Source of the DNA: Candidatus Omnitrophota bacterium
Lineage (GTDB): Bacteria; Omnitrophota; Gorgyraeia; B26-G9
Reading direction: 5' to 3'
NCBI GenBank assembly: GCA_023819605.1
Contig: JAMWCB010000003.1
Span: 1 to 36,536, forward strand
DNA length: 36,536 nucleotides
Shown in pieces: positions 1-10,493 of this stretch. Within the stretch, counting starts at the first letter, position 1. Every line of letters begins with the position of its first letter. The notes under the pieces are model-generated. The model saw nothing but the letters and a program-made list of their open reading frames with translations, did no database searches and was not told the DNA's origin. A program made the position numbers and the translations under genes.

Positions 1-730
1 CTGCCGCTGTTTTCCATCGCCGCATGGTTGGTCCAATTATTGATCAATTGTTTGCCGTTGACCCATAACCGCACCCCGTCGTCGCTGAGCGTATAAAACG
101 TATACTTCTGGCTAAACTGCGCCTGCAGCGTGCCCTGCCAGCGCACGCTGAACCCGTCGGCAGGCACCCCCGCACAGGGCGCCGCGCTGCCCCACGCGAA
201 ATCCACCGTGCCGTCAAGGCGTACCAGCGGCGTACCGCTAAGGTCAGCGGCGCGGTAATACCGCCCGGTCAAGCCGGTGCCGCTGCCGATTACCGGCGCC
301 GGATAAAGTTGCGACCGCGGGATAACCTGCTTATCCGTGCCCGGACAACTCCACAGCAACTGCAAGGTGGCATTGCCGACATTGTCGTAATATTCCAACA
401 CCAGCGCATATTCCTCTCCGGCGGTTAAAGTTATACTGCCGCTGTTTTCCATCGCCGCATGGTTGGTCCAATTATTGATCAATTGTTTGCCGTTGACCCA
501 TAACCGCACCCCGTCGTCGCTGAGCGTATAAAACGTATACTTCTGGCTAAACTGCGCCTGCACCGTGCCCTGCCAGCGCGCGCTGAACCTGTCGGCAGGC
601 ACCCCCGCACCGGGCGCAGCGCTGCCCCACGCGAAATCCACCGTGCCGTCAATACGAATCAACGGCGTACCGCTCAGGCCGGTGCCGCCGTAGTACTGCC
701 CGGTCAAACCGGTGCCGCTGCCGATTACCG
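1..730. repeat. Intragenic tandem duplication of the PA14-coding unit, period 435 bp (145 aa)
   Basis: 1..295 is near-identical to 436..730. Both start CTGCCGCTGTTTTCCATCGCCGCATGGTTGGTCCAATTATTGATC and end CCGGTGCCGCTGCCGATTACCG. Confidence 0.95.
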
Positions 731-3359
731 CTTGTTCCGGCGTACGAATCTGATACGTAGCCGCTGCGGAAACATTTCCTACCGTATCGACGGCAAAAAC
801 GGTATATGTATAGAGTGTGTTTGCGGCAAGGCCGCTGTCGGTATACTGCGGCGCGCTGACCGCGGCGATCTGTACGCCGTTGCGGGAAATCCGATATTCA
901 GCGATACCGACCACATCGACGGACGGCTGCCAGGACAAGTGCACTTCCTTCGCCGAGACGGCGACACCGGTCACCTCTGCCGGCGTTGTCGGCGCGGAGG
1001 TATCCGCGGAACACGGACGGCCGTAGATACTCACCTCCTGAAATGCGCATTCCGTACCGGCGTAGTTTGCCGCGCCGCTCACCCGGAACCATACATACCG
1101 CGCTTTGATTTCCGGAAATTCATCGACTAAGGGATTCTCCGCCGTGCCGCCGGCCGTGTTCGCCTGGCGGTCCACGACTGTTCGGTACACATTATCCTCG
1201 GTCTTGACCTGCACGGCATATCGATACGCGCGCGCGCCGTACGGGATGATTTCCGCGCGGCTGACCAGATAATAATCCCCTAAATCGATTTTTACCCATT
1301 GCGGAAATCCGGCAGCCTTCCAGAGATCCGCCGGATTATCGCCGATCCCGTCAACCAGATTCGCTACGGCGCCGGTGGTTTCATTGTCCTGCGCGGAACA
1401 AACAACATTTTTTTTCAACGCCAGATTACTCCGTCCGTGAATATCCGAAGCGGAGGTTAGGTCAACGAGTTCCCCGGCGCTGAGCGCGTTATCCCAGAGG
1501 ATGCACCGGCGCGCTTTATTACTGGCACAGCGCAAACCCAAAAAAGGCCGGGAAAAATTCAACGTCTTGCCGGAAAGCGTCTGATATGCGCCGCAATCCG
1601 GGCTGGTGGCATGCGGCACATAATTAATCCCGATCCAACTCTGCGGCTCGTTCAGAGCGCGCACGTCCGCGCTCGCGGCGCCGATCGCCGGAGAACCGCT
1701 GCTCAACCGATAATTGCGATTCCGCCAGAGCGCGTCGAACGGGTCGACAAACAGCGGGTTTTTTCCCGCGACGCTGTTGAGGTCATACCCCAATGCCTGC
1801 CACTGCGCAAAGGTATAATTCACGTTAGTGCGCGAAAACCCGCTCAAGCCGGAATCATAATATACGTTGTAATCGTAACGCGCGGAAACCGGCGTTTGCC
1901 GTTGCTCGATAAAATTTGTCCGGACACGCGAAATAATATTATTCACCGCTTCGATTTTCAGCCGGGCGCCGTCATCGCAACGTATACCGCTGCCGGCCGC
2001 GCCGTTATCGCCGGCAATCTGATCTATCGTATTATTCCAATAATACAATTCCCACGCGCCGCCGCTGATTTCATTTTTATCGATGCCTTCTTCGGAAAAC
2101 CCGTAACGGCCGGCTTGCAGAACATTATGGTGCGCGCTGATCACCACGGTCCGGCCATTGGGCTGGCTGCAATGGTGGGCGGCATAGCTGGCGCCATAAC
2201 ACCGGTTACGGTAACTCATCGACGAACTGCGCGTTCTGAGGGCAGAGAGACTGCCGGCGCCGCTGATCACGTTATCATGGATACGGAATGCCGTCGCTGC
2301 CCCTCCCTGCCGTTCATAACCGATAATCGTATCTTTGCCGGTATTCAACGAACAACCGTACAGCTCTCCCGATTCCGCCGCCGACTCGCTGTACCAACCG
2401 GCATCGGCGGCGCGGGCGTCGGCCGCCCGGGCGTTACCGTCAAAATAACTGTACGCGCAGATAAAATAATAGTGTTGTCCGGCCAGGCGGAATCCGGACA
2501 AAGCAACGCCGGACCAGCCATTATTGCGGAATAAGCAATAGCGGAAACGCACGCCGGTACTGACGCCGTCGACCGCGCATCCGTTGCCCCGCGAATCGTT
2601 AAACACGCAATCGGTAAACGTAATATCTGTAGGATCGCCCTGCAGCCATACCGTTCCTTCGCCGGGAACAGCAGCCGCGCCGCGGCTGAATGCGAAACCG
2701 TCGAACCACAGATAATTTTGATTATTGGTGCGGCAGGCGTGCGGGAATATATATGCGGCATCGATCTGCGGACGTACGCCGGTGCCATAGGTTCCAAATT
2801 TGATTACTTGCGCGGCGTTGCCGGAACTTGAAACGACCAATTCTTCCTGCCAGACGCCGCTGCGCGCGAATAAGATTGTATCGCCGGGATTAAACAGCGT
2901 CGCATTGACCTTGGCGATTGTCCGCCAGGCCTGCGCTTGCGTCAAACCGCTGCGGGAATCGTTTCCGGACATGCTGTCCACATAAAAAATTCTTCCCCCG
3001 CCGCTGCGCGGCAGCGGAAATTCCGACGGATAGCGGTCAATAATCCGTCCATTTTCCGCCAGGACATATCCGGAACCGGTCCAGGCCATCGCGCGCAACG
3101 TTCCTTTGCCGTCATCCAGATACACCGTGCCGCGCGCATCATCCCAGAGCGGCAGACGTAATTGACTTACTGCCGACTGGTCACACAAAAGAGTCGTGGT
3201 TGCCGGAATAACCGCAAACGACCACGTTTCAATCATCTTATTTGTCCCGGCCGCCGCGCCGGCCGGCCGAGAAACGATAATCAGTCCAAACGCCGCCGAA
3301 AACAGCAGTAGTTGAACCATCCAACGCCACATTCTCCATTTTGTCCAAAGAAAACGCAT
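1..3359 (-). CDS. Large secreted carbohydrate-active/adhesin-like protein, 3' end outside window: signal peptide, right-handed parallel beta-helix, F5/8 type C (CBM32), FN3, at least 2 PA14 domains
   Basis: Missing from the ORF track because its stop lies outside the window. Hand translation from ATG 3359: MRFLWTKWRMWRWMVQLLLFSAAFGLIIVSRPAGAA; beta-helix start FYVDSMSGNDSRSGLTQAQAWRTIAKVNATLFNPGDTILFARSGVW; discoidin NLALKKNVVCS..NLVDG..FPQWVKIDLG; FN3 DTSAPTTP..LSWQPS..YTYTVFAVDTVGNVS; PA14 GLTGQYY..FSARWQG..YTFYTLSDDGVRLWVNGKQLINNW. All translated segments share one frame down to base 3. Confidence 0.92.
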   Translation of the reverse strand, partial: MRFLWTKWRMWRWMVQLLLFSAAFGLIIVSRPAGAAAGTNKMIETWSFAVIPATTTLLCDQSAVSQLRLPLWDDARGTVYLDDGKGTLRAMAWTGSGYVLAENGRIIDRYPSEFPLPRSGGGRIFYVDSMSGNDSRSGLTQAQAWRTIAKVNATLFNPGDTILFARSGVWQEELVVSSSGNAAQVIKFGTYGTGVRPQIDAAYIFPHACRTNNQNYLWFDGFAFSRGAAAVPGEGTVWLQGDPTDITFTDCVFNDSRGNGCAVDGVSTGVRFRYCLFRNNGWSGVALSGFRLAGQHYYFICAYSYFDGNARAADARAADAGWYSESAAESGELYGCSLNTGKDTIIGYERQGGAATAFRIHDNVISGAGSLSALRTRSSSMSYRNRCYGASYAAHHCSQPNGRTVVISAHHNVLQAGRYGFSEEGIDKNEISGGAWELYYWNNTIDQIAGDNGAAGSGIRCDDGARLKIEAVNNIISRVRTNFIEQRQTPVSARYDYNVYYDSGLSGFSRTNVNYTFAQWQALGYDLNSVAGKNPLFVDPFDALWRNRNYRLSSGSPAIGAASADVRALNEPQSWIGINYVPHATSPDCGAYQTLSGKTLNFSRPFLGLRCASNKARRCILWDNALSAGELVDLTSASDIHGRSNLALKKNVVCSAQDNETTGAVANLVDGIGDNPADLWKAAGFPQWVKIDLGDYYLVSRAEIIPYGARAYRYAVQVKTEDNVYRTVVDRQANTAGGTAENPLVDEFPEIKARYVWFRVSGAANYAGTECAFQEVSIYGRPCSADTSAPTTPAEVTGVAVSAKEVHLSWQPSVDVVGIAEYRISRNGVQIAAVSAPQYTDSGLAANTLYTYTVFAVDTVGNVSAAATYQIRTPEQAVIGSGTGLTGQYYGGTGLSGTPLIRIDGTVDFAWGSAAPGAGVPADRFSARWQGTVQAQFSQKYTFYTLSDDGVRLWVNGKQLINNWTNHAAMENSGSITLTAGEEYALVLEYYDNVGNATLQLLWSCPGTDKQVIPRSQLYPAPVIGSGTGLTGRYYRAADLSGTPLVRLDGTVDFAWGSAAPCAGVPADGFSVRWQGTLQAQFSQKYTFYTLSDDGVRLWVNGKQLINNWTNHAAMENSG

Positions 3360-3429
3360 CCTAAGCCATAATACTTTCCCCCCTGTTTTCCCCCTGGTTA
3401 TGCTTTCCGACAGCCGGAACACCGCAGAG

Positions 3430-3491
3430 AAAAATAAAACCTCCCCCCCAGCCATCCGGACATCACCTGTTCCAGATGCTGAGATGAGAGG
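3430..3491 (-). terminator. Intrinsic terminator/attenuator in the 5' leader of the PA14 protein gene
   Basis: Minus strand CCTCTCATCTCAGCATCTGGA-loop-TCCGGATGGCTGGGGGGGAGG followed by TTTTATTTTT, between the promoter and the start codon. Confidence 0.65.
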
Positions 3492-3675
3492 ATCCATCCT
3501 CACGGCGCACTTCGGGCACCCCCGGCAATACCCGCTTTCCCCATCAAGCGGGATTAACCGTTGTTCAGCTCATCCGTGCATGAACCTAATCAGTTTTCGC
3601 GCGCGCCGAACCGATACCTGCCGTACGGCACGCGACCATTTTCCCCAACCCGCACCTCTCGGTACAAGCGGGCAA

Positions 3676-3704
3676 ATTATACTTTCCGAGACGGAAAATG
3701 TCAA
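3676..3704 (-). promoter_or_regulatory. Consensus sigma70 promoter with a palindrome in the spacer
   Basis: TTGACA-17 nt-TATAAT on the minus strand; the spacer contains TTTCCG-TCT-CGGAAA. Confidence 0.85.
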
Positions 3705-3755
3705 GCCTGAAAAATTTATCGACAGTAAAAATCCTGATCCGATATACGTGCACAC

Positions 3756-5021
3756 TCATTCAACGGCGCCGGCGGTCGTTTTGGCCAGCAGCGGATCAGT
3801 CCGAAAAACCGGCAGATGATAAAAAAAGAACGCCGCCGCAATCATGCAGCCCATGCCGCAAATCGTCAAGGTTGCCGCCGCGCCGACCTGCGCGGCCAAT
3901 GCCCCGGCCAACAAACTGCCGAACGGCGCCATGCCCATAAACGCCATCGTATACAAACTCATCACCCGTCCCCGCATCCGTTCGGAAACGATCGTCTGCA
4001 ACATAATATTCCCGGCGCTGAATAAAACCATCATCACAAATCCGCTGGCCAGGAGAGTTACCAGGGAAAACCAGAGCCGGTGTGAATGAGCAAACACGGC
4101 CATCCCGATCCCAAAAACAAACGCCGCAACGGCAACCCGCGTCTCCAAACCGCGCATTGATGACCGGCCGGCCAAATAAAACGCGCCGCCCAACGCCCCG
4201 ATTCCGGAAACGGACATCAACAAACCTAATAATTGCGGGCCGCCGCTAAAAATTTCCCGCACAAACACCGGCATCAAGACCGGATAGGCAACGCCCAGCA
4301 TGCTGACCAACGCCATCAAAGTCAGCAAGGCGCGGATTGAAACACTCCGATACGCGTAGTGCATGCCGTCGCGCATCTGGCGGATAAAATGCCGCGGTGA
4401 TTCGGCTACCGGACGCACGGAAATCTTCATGCGCAGCAGCGACGCAAGCACCGCGGTGTAGCTGAGCGCATTAAGCAAAAAACAAATTCCTTCTCCGGCA
4501 ACCGTAATGAGGATCCCGGCAAGGGCCGGCCCGACCAAGCGTGCCGCATTGACGATCGAAGAATTCAACGCGATCGCATTACTTAAATCTTCGCGATCTT
4601 CGATCATATCGATGGTAAACGCCTGGCGAACCGGAATATCAAAGGCGTTAATCAAACCCAGAAAAATACTCAAAACAATAACATGCCATATTTTCAGCAT
4701 TCCGGAAAAAAAAAGCACGGCCAGAGCCAACGATTGCAGCAGCGCTAACGTTTGCGTCAAAATGATCATATGATGCCGGTGGCAGCGGTCCGCGGCGACG
4801 CCGGCGAACGGCGCTACCAAAAATGTCGGGATTTGCCCGGAAAAACCGACCACCCCGAGCAAAAAAGGAGACTGGGTCAGGCGATACACCAGCCACCCCA
4901 GCGCCACCTGCTGCATCCACGTGCCGGTCAATGAAATACTTTGGCCGCAGACAAATAACCGATAATTACGGGACCGCAACGCCCGGAAAAACCGTTGGGA
5001 CATTCCATTAAAAAAACGCAT
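3756..5021 (-). CDS. MFS transporter (MFS_3/DUF894-like)
   Basis: FRALRSRNYRLFVCGQSISLTGTWMQQVALGWL start, GVAADR loop motif, about 12 hydrophobic segments. Start trimmed to ATG 5021 (or 5003) because the longer ORF overlaps the GH38 gene. Confidence 0.92.
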   Translation of the reverse strand: MRFFNGMSQRFFRALRSRNYRLFVCGQSISLTGTWMQQVALGWLVYRLTQSPFLLGVVGFSGQIPTFLVAPFAGVAADRCHRHHMIILTQTLALLQSLALAVLFFSGMLKIWHVIVLSIFLGLINAFDIPVRQAFTIDMIEDREDLSNAIALNSSIVNAARLVGPALAGILITVAGEGICFLLNALSYTAVLASLLRMKISVRPVAESPRHFIRQMRDGMHYAYRSVSIRALLTLMALVSMLGVAYPVLMPVFVREIFSGGPQLLGLLMSVSGIGALGGAFYLAGRSSMRGLETRVAVAAFVFGIGMAVFAHSHRLWFSLVTLLASGFVMMVLFSAGNIMLQTIVSERMRGRVMSLYTMAFMGMAPFGSLLAGALAAQVGAAATLTICGMGCMIAAAFFFYHLPVFRTDPLLAKTTAGAVE

Positions 5022-5082
5022 GCCAGTTAGTATACCGCAAAAACCGCCGGCGCACCGTATTTTTTTCGCACGGGCGGATCCT

Positions 5083-7689
5083 TCAGTCCCGCGCTTTTTC
5101 CCGCAGATACAGTGTTTCAATGCCCCCCGGAGCAAAGGGTAGCGTAACCGTCCGAAATCCCAGAGCGGTGCGCGATGGCCGTTCGAGCATATCCGCCGAA
5201 AAACACCCCGCATGCGCTGGTGAAAACTCGATTCTGCCGAGCGTCTGCCGGCCGGCCGCTTCATAACAACGCAGCACGATTCCTTGCGCGTCCTCGGCGC
5301 GCTTCAGCGCCGTCACAATAAGCGATTCCGGCTGCGTCGCGCAAAAACTATAGGTTTCCGGCAATAAAAATCCGCGCGCGCTTTCCGTTCCGGCAGCCGC
5401 GATTAACGGGCTGTGCTGCTCCCAGCCGGCGCGCACCGCCGCGCTGCGATTAAAACCACCGGCGTAGGGACGGATGCTCCACTCATATACATGTGTCCCG
5501 GCCGTATCGAAAAAATACGGCTCCCCATAAAAATTCTGATCGGTGATCAACAGCGGCGCCGTAATCACCGTCATCGCCTCTTTTGCCTGGTTAACGTCAA
5601 AATATCCCCAACGACTGAGCACCGTGCAGCCGGAATCCGCGCTGGCCACATCCAGCCAGCTCTTTGCGAACAATCCGTACCTGCAGTGCGCCGCCGGCCG
5701 GGGCACCGCTTGACCGGCGCAGGTATGCGCGGATCCCCGGTAGGTTGCGACGGTGTATGGAATATCGTACCGCACTGCCGCTGCACTATCGGTGCGCAGG
5801 GCAAAAACACTCCCGACCCGCAACTTTGCCGCCCCGGCCCGCTTTTTCCAATTCGACAAAATTATCCGCACGTCAATCCGTTTTAATTGCGGATAGACGG
5901 TCACTTCCCGAATAAGCGCGCTGCCCTCCACAAATGCCGAAGTCATGCGCACGGTAGAACTAACCGGGCCGCAGTCTACCCGTTCGGTTTTCGTGTCATA
6001 ACGGGAACTGCGCTGCCATGCTCCCGTCATCGATGCCGGAGCTAAAATATGTTTAGAACGGAACGCCTGCGCGATAACTTCGGAAAAATCGAGAGCGTAA
6101 TCAGCGAGCAGCTGACGGCCGGTCTGTTTATCGATAATGCTCGACACGGCGCCGCGTTCCGGCTGGAACTCAATTTGAAAAAATTGATTTTCCAAACGAC
6201 GGCACGGTGTCGCGTCAACTGCTGTGGAATTCGGCGCGTCCACCGCGCGCACATAATACGTGGCGTACCCTAATGCCGGCACGCGCGCGACAAAACGAAC
6301 TTCCACGGTGCCGCCGCTGCCGCGGCGCTGCTGCGAATCAAGGATGGCGCCATCGGCGTCAACGATCTGCCAGCGCTGCCCTTCCCGCAACGGAAAAGCC
6401 GCCGGAATCGAAACCGTCGCTAAATCGACACGTTCCCAATTCATCGGATTAAATACTGCCACCGGAATTCCGGCATGCCGTTTATGAATATGCCGCAGCA
6501 GCGATTGCAACGCGGTATCGATCATCTGCCGCAGGTTTTGATTCAGCTGCCGGGCACGCCGGAATTTGACCGCATCGCTGCGCCTGCCCCCCTTGCCTCC
6601 CCAATTATGTTCGCGGTTCAACAGCCATCCTTTCCAAGCATCGCGGATTTCATTTGCCGGATACGCATACTCCGCCACCAATGCCGCCGTTATCGCCGCC
6701 AATTTTTCCCCATCCAGCAGCAACGATTCCACCTGCCGGCTCTCCCAGCCATAACGAGGCACATACAAATCCATCGCGTCCCACGCCGAAGGGATATCCC
6801 CCGTGCATCGCGGCAGCTCTTGCTTTTCCGCCTGTAAAAAAAATTCGGAACTATTCACTAATCGCAGCGAAATTCCGCTCGCGGGCTTCGTGCGATTGTA
6901 GGCGCGTATACGTGCCGGTATATTCGGATCCGGCAAGCGGCAATCCCCCCCTACGGCGGCGGCTAATAACGGCAGCGGTTGATCGTGCGCGCGCATGCGT
7001 TCGAACCGCTGAAAAAAAACGTCCGGCTCCCGATACGCCTGCCGGTTATTATAGCCGCCGGGCAATTCCAAGCGAAGCACCGCAGACCCATCCGGAGCTG
7101 CCCAACGCGACAGCCAGGGGCCGGAATAATCACGCCACGTCACGACGTAGTAAATGCCGGATTTTGCAAGAATCTGCGGCAATTGCGCTGTATGACCTGG
7201 AATATCGATATTCCAGGCAAAATCCGTATCATACGCAAAGGTATCCGCCAGCCATTTCTTTCCGAAATAGACATTGCGGATTAACCCTTCCGGCCCCGCT
7301 AAAGCTTCCGCGCACGCGGCGTACAGGCCGCCGCAGTCGATAATTCCCCGCCGCAGCAAATCCCGGATCGTTTCTTTGTAGTGTGGATAGTATTCCAGGA
7401 ATGCCTCAAGCGCCGCCGTAGTTTCAATCGTATAGCGAAAATCCGGATCGCGCCGGATTATGTTCAATACCTGCCGGATGATCTGCGCGTTTTTTTTCCG
7501 GCAATACCGCGGCGTTCCCACCCAACTCAAATCCGCATGCGTATGCGGGATAATATATAGTGTCCGGGGTGCCGCCGGCTCAGCATGACCGGGGCCTGCG
7601 TTGCCGAAGGCCGCCAGACACACAAACACCGCGCGCACCACGCCCGCCCAGAAACTTTCATTCCCAAAACACGTTGCGCGGATTTTCAT
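5083..7689 (-). CDS. Glycoside hydrolase family 38 (alpha-mannosidase-like), probably exported
   Basis: IIPHTHADLSW metal motif, AWNIDIPGHTAQLPQIL nucleophile region, AVFNPMNWER, LENQF, ALKRAED..IVLRCYE; hydrophobic N-terminus ending PGHA. Start uncertain (7689 or 7755). Confidence 0.88.
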   Translation of the reverse strand: MKIRATCFGNESFWAGVVRAVFVCLAAFGNAGPGHAEPAAPRTLYIIPHTHADLSWVGTPRYCRKKNAQIIRQVLNIIRRDPDFRYTIETTAALEAFLEYYPHYKETIRDLLRRGIIDCGGLYAACAEALAGPEGLIRNVYFGKKWLADTFAYDTDFAWNIDIPGHTAQLPQILAKSGIYYVVTWRDYSGPWLSRWAAPDGSAVLRLELPGGYNNRQAYREPDVFFQRFERMRAHDQPLPLLAAAVGGDCRLPDPNIPARIRAYNRTKPASGISLRLVNSSEFFLQAEKQELPRCTGDIPSAWDAMDLYVPRYGWESRQVESLLLDGEKLAAITAALVAEYAYPANEIRDAWKGWLLNREHNWGGKGGRRSDAVKFRRARQLNQNLRQMIDTALQSLLRHIHKRHAGIPVAVFNPMNWERVDLATVSIPAAFPLREGQRWQIVDADGAILDSQQRRGSGGTVEVRFVARVPALGYATYYVRAVDAPNSTAVDATPCRRLENQFFQIEFQPERGAVSSIIDKQTGRQLLADYALDFSEVIAQAFRSKHILAPASMTGAWQRSSRYDTKTERVDCGPVSSTVRMTSAFVEGSALIREVTVYPQLKRIDVRIILSNWKKRAGAAKLRVGSVFALRTDSAAAVRYDIPYTVATYRGSAHTCAGQAVPRPAAHCRYGLFAKSWLDVASADSGCTVLSRWGYFDVNQAKEAMTVITAPLLITDQNFYGEPYFFDTAGTHVYEWSIRPYAGGFNRSAAVRAGWEQHSPLIAAAGTESARGFLLPETYSFCATQPESLIVTALKRAEDAQGIVLRCYEAAGRQTLGRIEFSPAHAGCFSADMLERPSRTALGFRTVTLPFAPGGIETLYLREKARD

Positions 7690-7760
7690 GCCCCTGCCAA
7701 CGTTCCTTACCTCCTTGACACTGCCGCCGGCTCCATCCTCGGGCCGTTGCGGCACCCCCG

Positions 7761-8390
7761 TTATCCGGCACCCAACAACACACCGATACCGCCATAGATC
7801 AGCTGCTCCATAATACCGATCACCGGATTGAGCGCGCCGGTAAACAGCAAAAACGCAAGAATAAAAAAACCATACGGTTCCACACGCGCCAGGCGTTCCT
7901 GCGCCGGCGGAGAAAGAACACTCATTAAAATACGGGAACCGTCGAGCGGCGGAATAGGTATCAGGTTAAAGGCGGCTAAAATAATATTGATCCGCACCAG
8001 CAGCACAAGACCTGCGGTCAATCCCGGATTCATCTCCGCCAGCGGACTGCGCAGCACGATTATCCCGCACACCGCGATCAAAACATTTGCCAGGCACCCG
8101 GCTAAAGAAACGCAGAACAAAGCCAGGCGCGCATACCGCAAGCGGCCGTAATTGACCGGCACCGGACGCGCCCAGCCGAATCCGGCAACAAACAGCATCA
8201 ACGTTCCCACCGGGTCAATGTGATTGAACGGGTTCAGGGTCAAGCGTCCCTGCCGGCGCGCCGTATCGTCGCCGAAGCGCAGCGCCACCCAGCCATGCGC
8301 CACCTCATGGACGATCACCGAATACAGCAACAGCGCCGCCAGAACAAAAAAATACACGGGGTTCTGAATCAATAAAGATAAAAAACTCAT
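7761..8390 (-). CDS. Site-2 protease (peptidase M50)
   Basis: [29 protein letters not shown] and [11 protein letters not shown] motifs; start at ATG 8390. Confidence 0.93.
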   Translation of the reverse strand: MSFLSLLIQNPVYFFVLAALLLYSVIVHEVAHGWVALRFGDDTARRQGRLTLNPFNHIDPVGTLMLFVAGFGWARPVPVNYGRLRYARLALFCVSLAGCLANVLIAVCGIIVLRSPLAEMNPGLTAGLVLLVRINIILAAFNLIPIPPLDGSRILMSVLSPPAQERLARVEPYGFFILAFLLFTGALNPVIGIMEQLIYGGIGVLLGAG

Positions 8391-8560
8391 ACGCCATAGT
8401 CTCCGATCGCGCCGCAGCCGCGTTCCTCCGTGCGGATGCGCACACATTCCCGCACACCGAGCGCAAAGATTTTCCCGTCGCCGGTCTTTCCGCTTTTCGC
8501 GCCGGCGCCGCGCATCGACCACATTGAAACAAGACTGTTTGCGTTGCCGCCGGCGCGCCG

Positions 8561-9838
8561 TTACTCCCGAAGGATCGATTCCGCGCGCCGGGCATACGCC
8601 TGATACAATGCGCGCTCAGCCGCCGTCAACGCCGGATCCGGCGCGGCCGCGGTCCACCGGTCTAAAAATAAGCGATAATAACGCCGCGCCGGCGACGGCA
8701 TATTTTGCTTTTCCAAAAGCACTGCCGCCTGATACAAATCATAGGGTTCCTGAAATAAAATCACCGCCCGGCATACCCAGCGGAACGCCTGGAAATAATC
8801 CTGTTCTTCCCGCCAGAGGCCGTATGCCTGCCGCACTGCGCGCAACGCAATCGGATGCCGGGCGTCTTCGCCGGCCCGCGCCCATCCCTGGCTGAAATAA
8901 TCCAGCGCTTCCCGGCGCAAAAGGCGCGCGTGCGCAGGGTCAGCCACGGCGGCGGCCTGCGCCGCCGTGGTCAGTCCCAATCCGTACCAGGATTGGAAAT
9001 TCTCCGGCGCTTCCTGCCGCAGCGCGCTGAACAGCGATCCGGCCGGCGGCAGGCATTCGCCGCCGGCCATATACAACGCGTAGGCCAGCGAAAAACGAAT
9101 CTCCGGATCAGCCGGCGCCAGCTGCGCCGCGCGCAAATACTCGATAATTGCCGCCGGATATTCCCGACGGCCGGCATATTCGGCTCCCCGCGCCGCATAC
9201 GCCTGGCTGCCGGCTGCCGCATCCGCGCCATACAGCGCGGCCCGCTGCGCCAATTGATAACCGGCATACCGTTCATGCTCAAAAACACCGGGATGAGCGA
9301 GCAGCCACCGCGCAAACGCGGCCAGCGCATCGGCGTACTGCTGCACTGCTTCCGGAAAATAAAAAAAATGTTCTCTCTGTTCGCGCAGGGTTGTTCCGTC
9401 CGGCAAACGTTTTTGCTCCAGCACCGCCGCCACATTCGCCAAGGACCGTTCCAGACGCGCAGCGGCCTGCCCGAACGCGTCCCGCAATCCCTGCGCCGCC
9501 GGATCGTCGACGGAAATTTTCGCAACTTCCGCGGCAAACTGCCGGATCCATTTCTGCGCGTCGGCAACGCGCGACACCTTTTTATACGCGGCAATAAATT
9601 CACGCTCGGCGGTCGTTTCACGCAATTGCCTAACGGCCTCGAAATCCAAAAAAATTATACGCAAGCCGTTCTCTGCGCAGGAAAGCGAACGCCATAAATT
9701 TTGCAACGGTTCAACCACGCCCGCCTGCCGCGCGTCCCGGCCGGGCTCCAACGGCTGCAATTGCCCCGAAGCGATCCGTTCGCCACCGCACAACATTAAT
9801 CCACTCAGCACCAGCGGGACACAGTATTTCCGCAGCAC
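8561..9838 (-). CDS. Exported TPR-like helical repeat protein
   Basis: GTG start after GAGGG, N-terminal hydrophobic segment, TPR-like units (YPAAIIEYLRAAQLAPADPEIRFSLAYAL; APENFQSWYGLG). Confidence 0.75.
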   Translation of the reverse strand: MLRKYCVPLVLSGLMLCGGERIASGQLQPLEPGRDARQAGVVEPLQNLWRSLSCAENGLRIIFLDFEAVRQLRETTAEREFIAAYKKVSRVADAQKWIRQFAAEVAKISVDDPAAQGLRDAFGQAAARLERSLANVAAVLEQKRLPDGTTLREQREHFFYFPEAVQQYADALAAFARWLLAHPGVFEHERYAGYQLAQRAALYGADAAAGSQAYAARGAEYAGRREYPAAIIEYLRAAQLAPADPEIRFSLAYALYMAGGECLPPAGSLFSALRQEAPENFQSWYGLGLTTAAQAAAVADPAHARLLRREALDYFSQGWARAGEDARHPIALRAVRQAYGLWREEQDYFQAFRWVCRAVILFQEPYDLYQAAVLLEKQNMPSPARRYYRLFLDRWTAAAPDPALTAAERALYQAYARRAESILRE

Positions 9839-9934
9839 AAAACCCTCGTTAACAAAAGAGCAATCCGTCCACCGAATTTCCGGATTGCTCCCCTGCTTGG
9901 TTGGCTTATTGCAACGCTCGTCTCCGACCGCCGC

Positions 9935-10429
9935 TTAGTCTTCCTGTTTTCTTTGCCGGCGGCTGCGCGGCGTTGTCCGATCCGGTACCGCCGGGAGGTT
10001 TGGAGACGATTCGGCGATTTCGACATCTTCCGGATGAAAGACAATACCCTGTTCCCGCTCCAAACGCTCCAGTTCCGCTTTTCCCGGCCCGAATTTATAA
10101 AAATACAATGTTTCTTTCTGGTTGATCACTTCCGCATCGGCATAAGCCTGCGGAATTCCCCAAACAATCGAAACCGGCCAGAACAGCAAATTCACGACAA
10201 AGATACCCCACTGCCCTAAATACGCGTTGCCGATGCCCGGCAGAATATTCAACGCACCGGCAGTTGTCGGATTTTTTTCTTTTTCCGGCTCCAGGCCGAC
10301 CGTGGTGAGACGGGATTCCAATTGACGGTATTCGTACTTCTCATAGGTACGCAGCGATTCACATCCGCTGATGACCACACCGAAAAATACTGCCGTCACG
10401 ACCGAAATTAAACGAGCATGCTTCTTCAT
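9935..10429 (-). CDS. Lipoprotein with a TM2-like membrane segment
   Basis: MKKHARLISVVTAVFFGVVISGC lipobox; KNPTTAGALNILPGIGNAYLGQW; GGAGG RBS before ATG 10429. Confidence 0.8.
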   Translation of the reverse strand: MKKHARLISVVTAVFFGVVISGCESLRTYEKYEYRQLESRLTTVGLEPEKEKNPTTAGALNILPGIGNAYLGQWGIFVVNLLFWPVSIVWGIPQAYADAEVINQKETLYFYKFGPGKAELERLEREQGIVFHPEDVEIAESSPNLPAVPDRTTPRSRRQRKQED

Positions 10430-10493
10430 GGTCCCTCCGCATCGAAACATAGTTTACACGATACGATTTCTCCGAACCGCTGTAAATTACTCC

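Noticed and set aside
732-3161. Plus-strand and alternative-frame ORFs such as 1611..2534
   Set aside because: Shadows of the real minus-strand gene 1..3359, which has clear domains.
3400-3819. 139-aa plus-strand ORF; c-di-AMP, c-di-GMP or 6S RNA identity for this region
   Set aside because: The ORF overlaps promoter/leader elements and has no motif; the conserved cores of those RNAs were not found.
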